This document shows, piece after piece, positions 40,309 through 49,837 of a stretch of 64,000 nt of DNA. The translations under genes were made by a program, and so were the position numbers. This stretch comes from Puniceicoccaceae bacterium (GTDB taxonomy: Bacteria; Verrucomicrobiota; Verrucomicrobiia; Opitutales; Oceanipulchritudinaceae), in NCBI GenBank assembly GCA_040830765.1, contig JBFOMH010000024.1:1-64000 (forward strand), written 5' to 3'. Every line of letters starts with the position of its first letter. Within the stretch, counting starts at the first letter, position 1. The notes under the pieces were generated by a model. The model was not told the DNA's origin and searched no databases. It saw only the letters and a program-made list of their open reading frames with translations.

Positions 40309-41958
40309 CTAGAGATAGGGCTTACAAAATACATGTATCTGTTCGATTATGTAGTCGAGCATCTTCCTGCTCAGACCCGGGTAAACACCGATAAAGATGG
40401 CTTTGTTCATAATTTTATCCGATCCGGACAAATTGCCGATTACCCGAAAGGCATCCGAATTCTCCCGCGCCAACTGGACCAGAGCCGGTTGGCGGACCAG
40501 GTTACCCCCGAAGAGGGTCCGGTTGCCGATTTTTACCTCATCGAGGAATTTCGAGAAAGTCGGCCGCGAGAATCCGGCGGAGTCGCGGACCAGCATCAGG
40601 AAGCCGAACCAGCTGGGGACGGCCCGGCGTTGTTCGCTGTCGGCATAAACAAACTCACCCCCTTGCCAGTCCTCGGCATGTACCGGAAGCGCAAATTCAA
40701 AGCAGCTCTGGAGATCGTCCAAACCAGCCCGTAGATAATTCCAATTATCCTGCCGGGCCTTGATAAAGGATGGCATGCGTTGCAACTGGACGTTCCCGAT
40801 AGCCGCCTGGATATCGAGAGGCTTCAAGTTGTATCCCAAGTGGCTATAGATGTACTTGTGGTCATAGCCTACCGGCAAATCGCCCAGTTGCCACCCAAAA
40901 CGCTTATTACAGGTGTTGTCCTTCCCACTGGGACACCAGCAGTCACGGCCCCAGTCGCGGAAACTCTCCACAAGCAACTTCAGCTTCATGTCGCGGACGA
41001 TGTTAACCGCGCCCCCCTCTCCCATCGTCAAGTGATGGGGCGGATAAAAGGACTGGGTCGAGATATCTCCAAAACTGCCGGTTAGGGCGGTCCTCAATCC
41101 ATTCTCATCCGGGTATGCATAAAGGCTTCCGAGTGAATCACAATTGTCCTCAATCAACCACAAATCGTACTTGCGGCAAAATGCCATCACCGAAGCGAGG
41201 TCAAAGGGATTGCCCATGGCATGGGCGAACATCACCGCCTTGGTCTTTCCTTCACGATAGGCTGCCTCCAGATCCTCCATGCGAGGATTCAGGGTAACAG
41301 GATCGTTATCGAGGAAGACCGGTACGAGATTGTTCTGGATAAGCGGGGCAACTGTTGTCGGAAAACCCGAAGCACAGGTTATCACCTCATCGCCGGGACA
41401 AAGGCGCTTTTCCCGGGGAAGTTTGTGACTGGTCAATGCACTGACGGCGAGCAGGTTCGCCGATGAGCCCGAATTGACCAGGATGCTCTTGCGGACTCCA
41501 AGAAACTTGGCCAGCCCTTTCTCCAAAGCATCGCCCTCCTTGCCAAGCGTGAGCCAGAAGTCGAGAGTGACATCGACCGCCCGAACGATTTCTTCCTCAT
41601 TGTAAACCCTCCCCGCATAAGGGACAGGATTCTCTTTCGGAACGAAGGCATCGTCATTACCAATCCAATGGGTTTCGCTACCATGGGCAATGCTCGCGTA
41701 GCGACGGCTCCACGACAGGACCAGATCCTTGATGATACCGGCAAAGGCTGCCTCTGGCAAGGAGCCTTCCACTACCTCGATATCTTCAGCGGACAGGGAC
41801 AGCAATTCCCGACTGGAAGGTAACGATGCATGCGGTTGCAAAGGTATGGCCAGCCAGGCCTTGTCCTCCTTCTCCACCAGCAAGTGGCGGGGAGAAGCCT
41901 CGCCGCCGGCCCTTGTCCGAACAATTTGACCAGAATGCAATGTAGATCCATCAACCAT
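40309..41958 (-). CDS. rfbH: CDP-4-keto-6-deoxyglucose 3-dehydrase (E1, RfbH/DdhC) with N-terminal extension
   Basis: NSGSSANLLA, EDNCDSLG, SFYPPHHLTMGEGG (His in place of the PLP Lys), RDWGRDCWC...DNTC Fe-S cysteines, YDHKY. Confidence 0.93.
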   Translation of the reverse strand: MVDGSTLHSGQIVRTRAGGEASPRHLLVEKEDKAWLAIPLQPHASLPSSRELLSLSAEDIEVVEGSLPEAAFAGIIKDLVLSWSRRYASIAHGSETHWIGNDDAFVPKENPVPYAGRVYNEEEIVRAVDVTLDFWLTLGKEGDALEKGLAKFLGVRKSILVNSGSSANLLAVSALTSHKLPREKRLCPGDEVITCASGFPTTVAPLIQNNLVPVFLDNDPVTLNPRMEDLEAAYREGKTKAVMFAHAMGNPFDLASVMAFCRKYDLWLIEDNCDSLGSLYAYPDENGLRTALTGSFGDISTQSFYPPHHLTMGEGGAVNIVRDMKLKLLVESFRDWGRDCWCPSGKDNTCNKRFGWQLGDLPVGYDHKYIYSHLGYNLKPLDIQAAIGNVQLQRMPSFIKARQDNWNYLRAGLDDLQSCFEFALPVHAEDWQGGEFVYADSEQRRAVPSWFGFLMLVRDSAGFSRPTFSKFLDEVKIGNRTLFGGNLVRQPALVQLARENSDAFRVIGNLSGSDKIMNKAIFIGVYPGLSRKMLDYIIEQIHVFCKPYL

Positions 41959-43054
41959 CTGAACTACAGAATCTCCTGATATTGTCCCTCGTCAAGGCCA
42001 CGACCGCATCCGATTTATCAATCGGTATGGCTGAAGCGTTCCTGTACCAGCCAATCGTCTCTTCAATTGTCTTGCCAAAGTCCCAGCGCGGCCGCCAGTC
42101 CAGGTGTTCGCGGGCCTTGTTAACTGACAAAGAAAGCAACTTTGCCTCCGCCGGCCCTCCTTCGGCAAGGTTCTCCCACGTACCCGGCCAGGATTTGAGG
42201 ACAGCCTCCACCAGTTCCTCGACCGACCGGTGGCCCTCCTCATCCGGACCAAAGTTAAAGGCGTAAAGATCGTCCGGATCCGTCCAGCCATCCGCCAGAC
42301 GGGAACCCAACCATAAGTAGCCGGAAAGTGGCTCCAGCACATGCTGGAACGGGCGGGTGTGGCCAGGATTCCGCACTTGTATTGGCGTCCCGGCCTCCAG
42401 GCCCCTGATGCAGTCGGGGACAATCCGGTCAGCGGCATAGTCCCCTCCGCCGATGACATTGCCTGCCCTCGCTGAAGCAATACTCACCGGTGAACCGTCA
42501 AAGAAGGACTTCCTGTAGGAGTGGACAACAATTTCCATCGCTCCCTTGCTGGCGCTGTAGGGATCCTCTCCGCCAAGCGGATCCATCTCAGTGAAGGCCA
42601 TGCCGGAATTGTCATTCCGGTAGCACTTGTCTGATGTAACCATTAATCCAATACAGGAATGGTCTATTCTTCTTAGGGCCTCCAGCAAATTGACAGTGCC
42701 CATGATGTTGGTCTCGAAGGTCAGTCGTGGATCCCGGTAAGACTCGACCACCAGCGGCTGGGCGGCCAGGTGGAAGACAAAGTCCGGCTTGAAATCAGAC
42801 ACCGCCAGGGAAAGAGTGTTTGTATCGCGAACATCCGCGATGGCGTGGCGCATCCGGCCTGCCAGTCCCAGTCGTTCGAAAAGACTGGGTTCCGTAACCG
42901 GTTCCAGCGCATATCCGGCAACCTCTGCCCCGCACTCCAGGAGCCATTCACTGAGCCAGGACCCCTTGAATCCGGTATGGCCGGTGATCAGGACTCGTTT
43001 GCCGGAGTAGGTTTTCCGGAATACCTCAAGAAGATCTGTTGCTTCATAGCTCAT
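41951..43054 (-). CDS. rfbG: CDP-glucose 4,6-dehydratase
   Basis: ITGHTGFKGSWL, HLAAQPLV, TSDKCY, YSASK, RAGNVIGGGD and RPFQHVLEPL. Confidence 0.95.
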   Translation of the reverse strand: MSYEATDLLEVFRKTYSGKRVLITGHTGFKGSWLSEWLLECGAEVAGYALEPVTEPSLFERLGLAGRMRHAIADVRDTNTLSLAVSDFKPDFVFHLAAQPLVVESYRDPRLTFETNIMGTVNLLEALRRIDHSCIGLMVTSDKCYRNDNSGMAFTEMDPLGGEDPYSASKGAMEIVVHSYRKSFFDGSPVSIASARAGNVIGGGDYAADRIVPDCIRGLEAGTPIQVRNPGHTRPFQHVLEPLSGYLWLGSRLADGWTDPDDLYAFNFGPDEEGHRSVEELVEAVLKSWPGTWENLAEGGPAEAKLLSLSVNKAREHLDWRPRWDFGKTIEETIGWYRNASAIPIDKSDAVVALTRDNIRRFCSSDG

Positions 43055-45441
43055 GTCAGATCTCCTGTATTCTTCGTCTTCCGGCTACCCTTGATGCGGT
43101 AGATTTCATATAGCAAGACGACAGGCAAGGCTGCTATCAGAACCAGCAGGACGGAGGCTATTGGTGCCGCACAATCCATGTAGCGGTTCACACCTGGTAC
43201 CACCGCGGCTTCAACAAGACCGTAGAAAACGGCCCTGCCGAGAAGGAAGAAGAGAAGAATCAGCAAGGCGGCCCCGGCCTTCCAGGGATCCACGCTCGCA
43301 TCACGGGAACGGAAAGCCCGGTAAAGCAATGTTGCCAGACAGATGAGCATGGTACCCCCGACGAGAAACGGATAATAACTCCCGGCAATTTGCGCCCTCA
43401 GGTGGCGCCTCGGGGTCGGTTTATCCTCAACCAGACGGGGCAGCTGGCGCTGGCCGATCCCGATAGTCATTGGGATCCCCGAGGAGGTGGACTCAACCGT
43501 TCCCCAGTGCCCTTCAGGAAGGTCATGTAGGGGAAACTCATGAACCAAGAGCTTGTTACTCCAAAACTGGACGGTGATTGGCGCGAGGTCCAGGACCGGG
43601 GTCTCGACATGGAAGCCAAGTGGTTCAAGCGGTTCGCTACCCGTGACATCGAGGTACATGGGTGCGATGTCATCGCGCTGCAGGCGGAAGGCCTCCAACT
43701 TGAGGAACTGGTCCTTGTCGTTGACCATGGAAACATGGGTCAGTGGACCAGTGGCAGTGAAAGCCCATCCACGCAACATGGCCTTCATTGAGTTGCTGTT
43801 GTCAGGGAAAGGAGACCGGTAGGAAAGGATGGTCAGGTCCGTTGCTGCCTGATCTTCGCTTGCTTCGGTTTTTATCCGATGGGGAAACTGGCGCTCCGAT
43901 AAATTATAGGTGCTCAGGCGCTGGCCGTCCTTCCACAAGGTGAGCTTGAAGGGACCTCTGGAAAGCGGGATGAACTTCAACCGGAAAGCCGTATCGAATA
44001 TCCCTTCCTGTCCAGTGAGGCGCTCGATATCTCCCTTCTTCCAGTACACCAGGCCACTTGGTGAGGTGGAGGCGACAATGGTTCCATCGCTATCCTCGAC
44101 AGCGATGAAGTCGAGCCGACCCTCTGAGGAAAATGCGTGCCCCCTGACCTCAACGCTGTTGTCGGCAAGGATGGATGCTCGCCTATTGGTGGCATGGTCG
44201 AAGAGCGGCCTGTACATTGAAGGGACATCCGCCTCCTTGAGGGCAAATTCAGGTTCCACCTTCTGGTAGTGGAGGCGTTTAAGGGTGTCGAGAAATAGCC
44301 TTGGAAATTCCGGGATCCAGATGCCAAAGTTCGGATCCAGGGGAAAGGAAGTACTTAGTCCCCGCTTGGGCAAACGCCCGTCCTTAAAGGCAGTCTCCAG
44401 CTCGGCAGAAGTAAGCCTCATCCATTCATCCGCTTCCTTGGGAGAGGTATAAATCCCCGAGGAAGCCAATGAATCATACAGACGCCACCACATCCACGCA
44501 CCCAATTCCCCCTCCCGGCCGGTAGTCATCTCCCCATATTCCAGGTGCGGATTGTTCTGGTCGAGCAAGCCGTCACGCAACTGGGCAAAGCGGGGACTCG
44601 CTTCCATCGCCATCTCAAGTGTGCGCGTGGTTACTGGCGCCCAAATGGACGGATCGGGGGTATCAATCTGATAAAGGGTATCCAGCAGACCGGAAAAGCC
44701 GGGAGCCTGCTGTTCGTTGGTGGCAAAAATCCCCCACTTGGCATAATTCAAGGAACTGACAAGAAGGATAATGGAGAGGTAGGCACCAACCGGTACAAGA
44801 ACCAGAGCCATTTGCGGGAGACTCTCCTTCCAGGTCTTTCCTTGTTTGAAGCGCAGGAAAAGCAAGCGGAGAAGGAAGAGCAGGCCCAGCAAGCCGATGA
44901 CCCAAGGCTGTTCCCGGCGGGTCAGCATCATCCAGGCAATGAGGAAACCAAGTGCCCACAGCCATCCGCTGGTCCAGCGCCAAAAGTGGAGGGAAAGCAA
45001 GCGAAAGGCGATCCCCAGGAAAATCAGCATGAGACAAAAGTAGAAGGGTTCTGTCAGCAACTGGTTAAAACCCGTCAGGACCCAGGGATGGAATGCCAGG
45101 CCAAGCAAACTGATCACCGGTATTGCCGGCAGACTAACCAGGCGCATCAGCCCGGTGCAGAAGAAATAACTGCAACCAAGAAAAAAGAACTCGATACACA
45201 ACCGGTAGGGTATGCCCGTCTCCATGCAGATGGCTCCAAACACCGGAAAACCCAGCGGGCGGATAAAAAGCCAATTCAAGTTGGGATCACAGGCATAATA
45301 ATGGTCCAGGATCGAAAGGGCGTACCCCATGTCATCAAAGCGCTGGGCGAATATCTCCTGGTCCGCGACAAGAAACAATTTCACCAGGGCAACCAGGACA
45401 AATATCCCGTTGAAAATCCTCATACCGATGTTCCTTTGCAT
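43051..45441 (-). CDS. GT-C-like integral membrane glycosyltransferase with large extracytoplasmic domain
   Basis: FDDMGY...RPLGFPVF first loop, LLTEPF, TRRE; multiple TMs; two GxAF-containing beta-rich repeats. Confidence 0.65.
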   Translation of the reverse strand: MQRNIGMRIFNGIFVLVALVKLFLVADQEIFAQRFDDMGYALSILDHYYACDPNLNWLFIRPLGFPVFGAICMETGIPYRLCIEFFFLGCSYFFCTGLMRLVSLPAIPVISLLGLAFHPWVLTGFNQLLTEPFYFCLMLIFLGIAFRLLSLHFWRWTSGWLWALGFLIAWMMLTRREQPWVIGLLGLLFLLRLLFLRFKQGKTWKESLPQMALVLVPVGAYLSIILLVSSLNYAKWGIFATNEQQAPGFSGLLDTLYQIDTPDPSIWAPVTTRTLEMAMEASPRFAQLRDGLLDQNNPHLEYGEMTTGREGELGAWMWWRLYDSLASSGIYTSPKEADEWMRLTSAELETAFKDGRLPKRGLSTSFPLDPNFGIWIPEFPRLFLDTLKRLHYQKVEPEFALKEADVPSMYRPLFDHATNRRASILADNSVEVRGHAFSSEGRLDFIAVEDSDGTIVASTSPSGLVYWKKGDIERLTGQEGIFDTAFRLKFIPLSRGPFKLTLWKDGQRLSTYNLSERQFPHRIKTEASEDQAATDLTILSYRSPFPDNSNSMKAMLRGWAFTATGPLTHVSMVNDKDQFLKLEAFRLQRDDIAPMYLDVTGSEPLEPLGFHVETPVLDLAPITVQFWSNKLLVHEFPLHDLPEGHWGTVESTSSGIPMTIGIGQRQLPRLVEDKPTPRRHLRAQIAGSYYPFLVGGTMLICLATLLYRAFRSRDASVDPWKAGAALLILLFFLLGRAVFYGLVEAAVVPGVNRYMDCAAPIASVLLVLIAALPVVLLYEIYRIKGSRKTKNTGDLT

Positions 45442-45471
45442 GGTCGCTGATACGGATTTGCCTCGCTTCCC

Positions 45472-45669
45472 CTACTCTTGCTTTTCGCCGTTTTCCCGTC
45501 CGAGACCCCGCATTCCGGCATAAAGCCCCAGGGCTCCCATTATGAGAATGATCCCGCCCATGAAGAGTGAACTCGCTGAAAACGCCCCCATCATCATGAT
45601 GACCGGCGCCAGGAGTAGAGCTATAACAGAGACGACAAGCAACCAGCGCACCATTTGTCCATAACTCAT
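45472..45669 (-). CDS. small two-TM membrane protein
   Basis: 65-aa ORF, two hydrophobic segments, co-oriented with neighbours. Confidence 0.6.
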   Translation of the reverse strand: MSYGQMVRWLLVVSVIALLLAPVIMMMGAFSASSLFMGGIILIMGALGLYAGMRGLGRENGEKQE

Positions 45670-45696
45670 AATAATCCTTTCTTCACGGTATCCCGC

Positions 45697-46077
45697 CTAA
45701 TCCTTAAACTCCGTGTACTTGCGGGAGTTTCCCCGAGCCTTCTCGACAGGATATTTTTCCGCATTTTTAGCCATCTTGGCACGAATCGCGGCGGCAATGT
45801 CAATTCCTGTAATATTGGCAAACTCAATAGCGTAGACGAGAATGTCGGCTAGTTCGTCAGCGACCGCTTCCCGCTCGGCGCGTTCATGACTGGCTTCCGG
45901 CGTATCCCAGAGAAAGTGTTCCATCAACTCGGCCGCCTCCGCAGCCAATGCCATGGAAAGGTTCTTCGGCGAATGAAAGCGTTCCCAATCGCGTTCCCGG
46001 ACAAACGCCAGGACCGCCTCTTTTAGTTCCTGCAAGGTGGTCTCAGCATCGCCCTTTGGTTCGCCTCCCGACATCAT
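45697..46077 (-). CDS. MazG-like nucleotide pyrophosphohydrolase
   Basis: ERDWERFHSPKNL, EAAELME, DELAD and KNAEKYP motifs. Confidence 0.9.
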   Translation of the reverse strand: MMSGGEPKGDAETTLQELKEAVLAFVRERDWERFHSPKNLSMALAAEAAELMEHFLWDTPEASHERAEREAVADELADILVYAIEFANITGIDIAAAIRAKMAKNAEKYPVEKARGNSRKYTEFKD

Positions 46078-47933
46078 CAAGACTTTGGCGGAGTAGTATC
46101 CGATTTGGGCACTCCCTCCTTCTCGCTGGTGGTAGTCTCGGCCTCTTCAGGTGATTCGCTGTCGCTTCCAGCAGGCTTTGATTCGCCTTTCTCAGTGTCC
46201 ACTGCATCCGCAGCCTCCACAGGCTCCGGCCCCGGCTCTTCGACCGGCTCGGCTGCAGCTGATGGTTCAGCCGGTTCGGCAGAATCAGCATCCTCACCGG
46301 GAACATCCTCTGGTTCATCGGCGGGCTGCGCAGCTTCAGGCTCTTGTTCCGGGGAACTATCTGTCCCAACGGCTGGGTCCTCGGAAACCGCTTCTGCTTT
46401 TTCCTTTTCGGCGACTGCAGCAGCCTTCTGTTTCTCCATGTGGCGGATTTCGTCCTCCCGGATTGGAGGGACAAAGAGACGCCCGTCACTGTACTCGATG
46501 ACGTAGCCCTGCGAAACGAGGTAATGCAGATCCGTCTTCAGCTGTTTCAAGGCAGCTGGATCCAAGGATTCTTCCGGAGGGGCAGGTTCCGCAGGCGAAG
46601 TTGTCTCTTTCTCCTCACTTTGTTCAGCATCCTCCGGCTTGGATTCCTCCTTGGCAGCCTCATCAGCAGCCGGCTTTTGCTTGGCCGTCTCGCCACCAAG
46701 ATATGCCATGGGCAGGTTCTTGGCCGGGAAGTTCGGATGGGCCTCGAGGAAATCGATCAATTTCTGCAAATTGTCGGCCAATACCTCGTCGGGCTTGCGG
46801 AAATGGCGCTTCACCGCGCAGACGAAGGACACGCCCTTCGAGCCACGTTTGTAAACAGCGAAATGCATGCGCCGGAGGCGGCCCCTCAGGTGGTTGGCTG
46901 TTTCCAAGGGAAACCGCTTCTGCCCTTCAAGAAGATACTCCACCGAGCGCCGGATTTTATCTCCAGGATTCAGGAGAGCCAGGGACTTTCCCGAAAACCG
47001 CGCCGAATACGCGGGACGAACCAGTTTCTCCTTGGCTTCGGTGAAGAGATACAAGCGGGCATCCTCGCGGTTGGTGAAAACCTGTTCCGGATTATCTTTA
47101 ACGGAATATCGGGTCTGGGTACGCATCTGGGTCAGCCACGCTTCGATGTCCTCCTCCTCGCGGGAGCTCTCGATTTTCTGTTCAAAGCGGTCATAGGGTA
47201 CATGACTCAACCTGGCTGCATGATGCTCGCGGCAAATCGATTGGTACCGATGGTAGTTGGGCGGCCCGAGCAACTCACCGGTCATGCCGCACTTGTGAAC
47301 CATCTGGAAGGAACCGGCGGGCGGATCCACTTCAACGGTTTCGACATTGAAAAACTCATCCATGTAATGCCGGAAGACATGGGCCAGGGCCTCCTCCTCG
47401 CTGGCAAAGGGCAGCCCGTCGGGCACACTGGCATGAAGCCGTGCCGCTTCACCCTCCTTTTGCTCCGGATCCCGGACAACACAGACAAAGCGATCCGGCT
47501 TGTCCAGAATGAGCCGGGCAATTTCAAAAAGCTCGAAAGTCCGGCAGGAATTACGAATGGCTTGGGAAAGAACCTTGAACGGCTCTTCCTCCGGATAAAA
47601 GTCAACTGCCACAGTTGGGGCAAAGGGCTCATGATGGACCGGGCGCTCCCGGCGTTCACGCCGTTCACCACGGGCGGGTCGGTGTCCACGTGGTCCGCGA
47701 GTTGGTCGGTCACCGCGCGAACCACGATCACTTCTACGGTCCATGCCACCCCGGCGATCCCGGGGAGGTCCCTTGGAACCTCTGCGATTTTCATCGTGAT
47801 CCCCTTTGGGAATCCGGGTAGCACTCTTCTTGCCACTTAGCCAATCGGGACCAAGGGACAGGGAAGAAAGGCTGCTGAGGTCCAAATCGTCCTTATCAGC
47901 AGGTGGAGTTTGGTCGGTTGCGTCGTCGGCCAT
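46077..47933 (-). CDS. hypothetical protein with Arg/Gly-rich N-terminus and acidic Pro/Ala/Glu-rich C-terminus
   Basis: 618-aa ORF with plausible codon usage; core contains CGMTGELLGPPNYH. Confidence 0.75.
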   Translation of the reverse strand: MADDATDQTPPADKDDLDLSSLSSLSLGPDWLSGKKSATRIPKGDHDENRRGSKGPPRDRRGGMDRRSDRGSRGDRPTRGPRGHRPARGERRERRERPVHHEPFAPTVAVDFYPEEEPFKVLSQAIRNSCRTFELFEIARLILDKPDRFVCVVRDPEQKEGEAARLHASVPDGLPFASEEEALAHVFRHYMDEFFNVETVEVDPPAGSFQMVHKCGMTGELLGPPNYHRYQSICREHHAARLSHVPYDRFEQKIESSREEEDIEAWLTQMRTQTRYSVKDNPEQVFTNREDARLYLFTEAKEKLVRPAYSARFSGKSLALLNPGDKIRRSVEYLLEGQKRFPLETANHLRGRLRRMHFAVYKRGSKGVSFVCAVKRHFRKPDEVLADNLQKLIDFLEAHPNFPAKNLPMAYLGGETAKQKPAADEAAKEESKPEDAEQSEEKETTSPAEPAPPEESLDPAALKQLKTDLHYLVSQGYVIEYSDGRLFVPPIREDEIRHMEKQKAAAVAEKEKAEAVSEDPAVGTDSSPEQEPEAAQPADEPEDVPGEDADSAEPAEPSAAAEPVEEPGPEPVEAADAVDTEKGESKPAGSDSESPEEAETTTSEKEGVPKSDTTPPKS

Positions 47934-48088
47934 AATTCAAGGTGCGAGAAAGGGTATTCACAGCGAATAAGCAGGTTAGGTCAAGCACCTTGGAAAAGGG
48001 ATTCCACCACAAGGACATGGGAAAATCCAAAAAAATCTTGCACTCCGGCACTGGGCTCCCATGTTGCTCTATTCCTTTCGTTTGGAAT

Positions 48089-48173
48089 GCTCAGGTGGTG
48101 GAATTGGTAGACACGCACGCTTGAGGGGCGTGTGCCGAAAGGTGTATGGGTTCAAGTCCCATCCTGAGCACCA
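48089..48173 (+). tRNA. tRNA-Leu (anticodon GAG)
   Basis: Acceptor stem GCTCAGG/CCTGAGC, anticodon arm CACGC-TTGAGGG-GCGTG, long variable arm, T-loop GTTCAAGTC, encoded CCA. Confidence 0.96.
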
Positions 48174-48280
48174 TTTCCCTCTCCGCCAAATGGCGGTACC
48201 GGAACGCCTTCTCTTCCCCGATTCGCAAGGATATCCTTGCCACAACGTGCAGCAGTGATTTTGTGGGGTGTTTTTTAGCG

Positions 48281-49837
48281 ATGGCACTTACACCTTTTGC
48301 GAGCCACATCCTTTTGGATACCGGTATCAGCATGGGAGACGAGGGTAAAGGACGTCTCATTCCCGAGCTGATACGCGAACTGCAAGATCAGACCCAGACA
48401 CCGGACCCGGTGGCCATAGTTGCCAAGGTCAACGGTGGAGCAAATTCCGGACATACCAGTGGAGGATTGAAACTCAATTTGTTCCCGGCCGGCGTCGTCG
48501 AGGAAAGCGTATCCTGCCTGGCCATCGGGAGTGGTGTGGTTGCCGATCCGCACAAGTTTCTCTGGGAAAGCGCCTATATTGAGGACAGTGGTTTCACGGT
48601 GCTCTCCCGCTTGCTGATTGACGAGCGGACGATGATCAGCGACATCTCCCACCGCCTTCTCGACCTTGGCTGGGAATGGTACCGGGTGAATATCCTCGGT
48701 CAGGAGAAGCGTGGTTCCACGGGCCGTGGGATTTCCCCCGCATACACCGAGGAAACATCGCAATTCGCCCTTTATTACTACGAGTTCAAACTGGACCGGG
48801 AAACCTTTGCCCAGCGCATGGAAGCCCGCCTTGACCGAGCCGTTCGGACCTTGCGCACTGTCTGCCAGGTCCCGGAAGAGGAATGGCGGAACTTCTTTGC
48901 AATCCTCACCACGGCTGAGAAGCGGGCCAATGCCGGATTGATCGAGGCGGGGCTATTTCCGGAGGAAGCCTTCGATTTCAACGGCTTCCTCGGCGAGGAA
49001 CCCTACAGTCTCAATACGGAAGCGGTCATCGAGAGCTACTGGTCGGCGGGTACCCAACTGAAAGGCTGCATCGGTGATGTCCGCGAAAAGGTCCGCGAAG
49101 CATTGGAGTCCGGGAAATATGTTATTGGTGAGTTTGGCCAGGCCTTCTGGCTTGATAAACGTTTCGGGTTTCAACCGAACGTGACGGCTTCCCACACCCT
49201 GCCGGCGGAGTTTTTCCTCAGCACTGGTGTTGGCCTGCAGGCGGCCCATACCCTGGGGGTGTGCAAGGCCTACGACACCAAGGTCGGGACGCATGTCTTT
49301 GTTTGCGAGTTTCCTGAGGAGCATCCGCTAGGCAAGCTGCTGGCGAAACTGGAGTACGGGACAACAACCGGCCGCCAACGCATGGTCGGCTGGTATGATG
49401 CAGTGGAAAAAGGCGATGCCATCCGCTACGGGGGTTGCCAGGATCTTGTCATCAACAAGATTGATGCCCTGACCTATTCAGGCGACTGGCAACCGGGTGG
49501 CGAGCTCCTGGTCTGCACCGGCTACCGCCTCCCCGATGGGAGTGTCATCCGCCATGTCCCCAGGGACATCGCCACCCAGAAGACTTTGAGTCCGGTTTAT
49601 GTCCAGGTGTCGGGCTGGGAAGAAGACATTTCCAAAGTCAGGACTTTCGAAGCTCTCCCGCAAAACGCCAAGCGTTATGTGGCAACCATGATCAAGTCGA
49701 CGCTCGAGGTTGCCTTTGGAGAGGAAGCCGACTGGCCGGAAACGATCCCGAACCTTCGCTACATCGGAGTAGGCCCGGATCCGGACCAGATTATCCGCGA
49801 TGTCCCGGAAACGAGGGAACTCGTCCGACTGGCCTAA
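48281..49837 (+). CDS. purA: adenylosuccinate synthetase (long form)
   Basis: MGDEGKG, NGGANSGHT, GSTGRGISPAY, EYGTTTGRQR, NKID and IGVGP. Confidence 0.92.
   Translation: MALTPFASHILLDTGISMGDEGKGRLIPELIRELQDQTQTPDPVAIVAKVNGGANSGHTSGGLKLNLFPAGVVEESVSCLAIGSGVVADPHKFLWESAYIEDSGFTVLSRLLIDERTMISDISHRLLDLGWEWYRVNILGQEKRGSTGRGISPAYTEETSQFALYYYEFKLDRETFAQRMEARLDRAVRTLRTVCQVPEEEWRNFFAILTTAEKRANAGLIEAGLFPEEAFDFNGFLGEEPYSLNTEAVIESYWSAGTQLKGCIGDVREKVREALESGKYVIGEFGQAFWLDKRFGFQPNVTASHTLPAEFFLSTGVGLQAAHTLGVCKAYDTKVGTHVFVCEFPEEHPLGKLLAKLEYGTTTGRQRMVGWYDAVEKGDAIRYGGCQDLVINKIDALTYSGDWQPGGELLVCTGYRLPDGSVIRHVPRDIATQKTLSPVYVQVSGWEEDISKVRTFEALPQNAKRYVATMIKSTLEVAFGEEADWPETIPNLRYIGVGPDPDQIIRDVPETRELVRLA

Noticed and set aside
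48089..48173. tRNA-Leu as an integration site for the sugar locus
   Set aside because: No integrase or duplicated tRNA 3' end seen; purA follows directly
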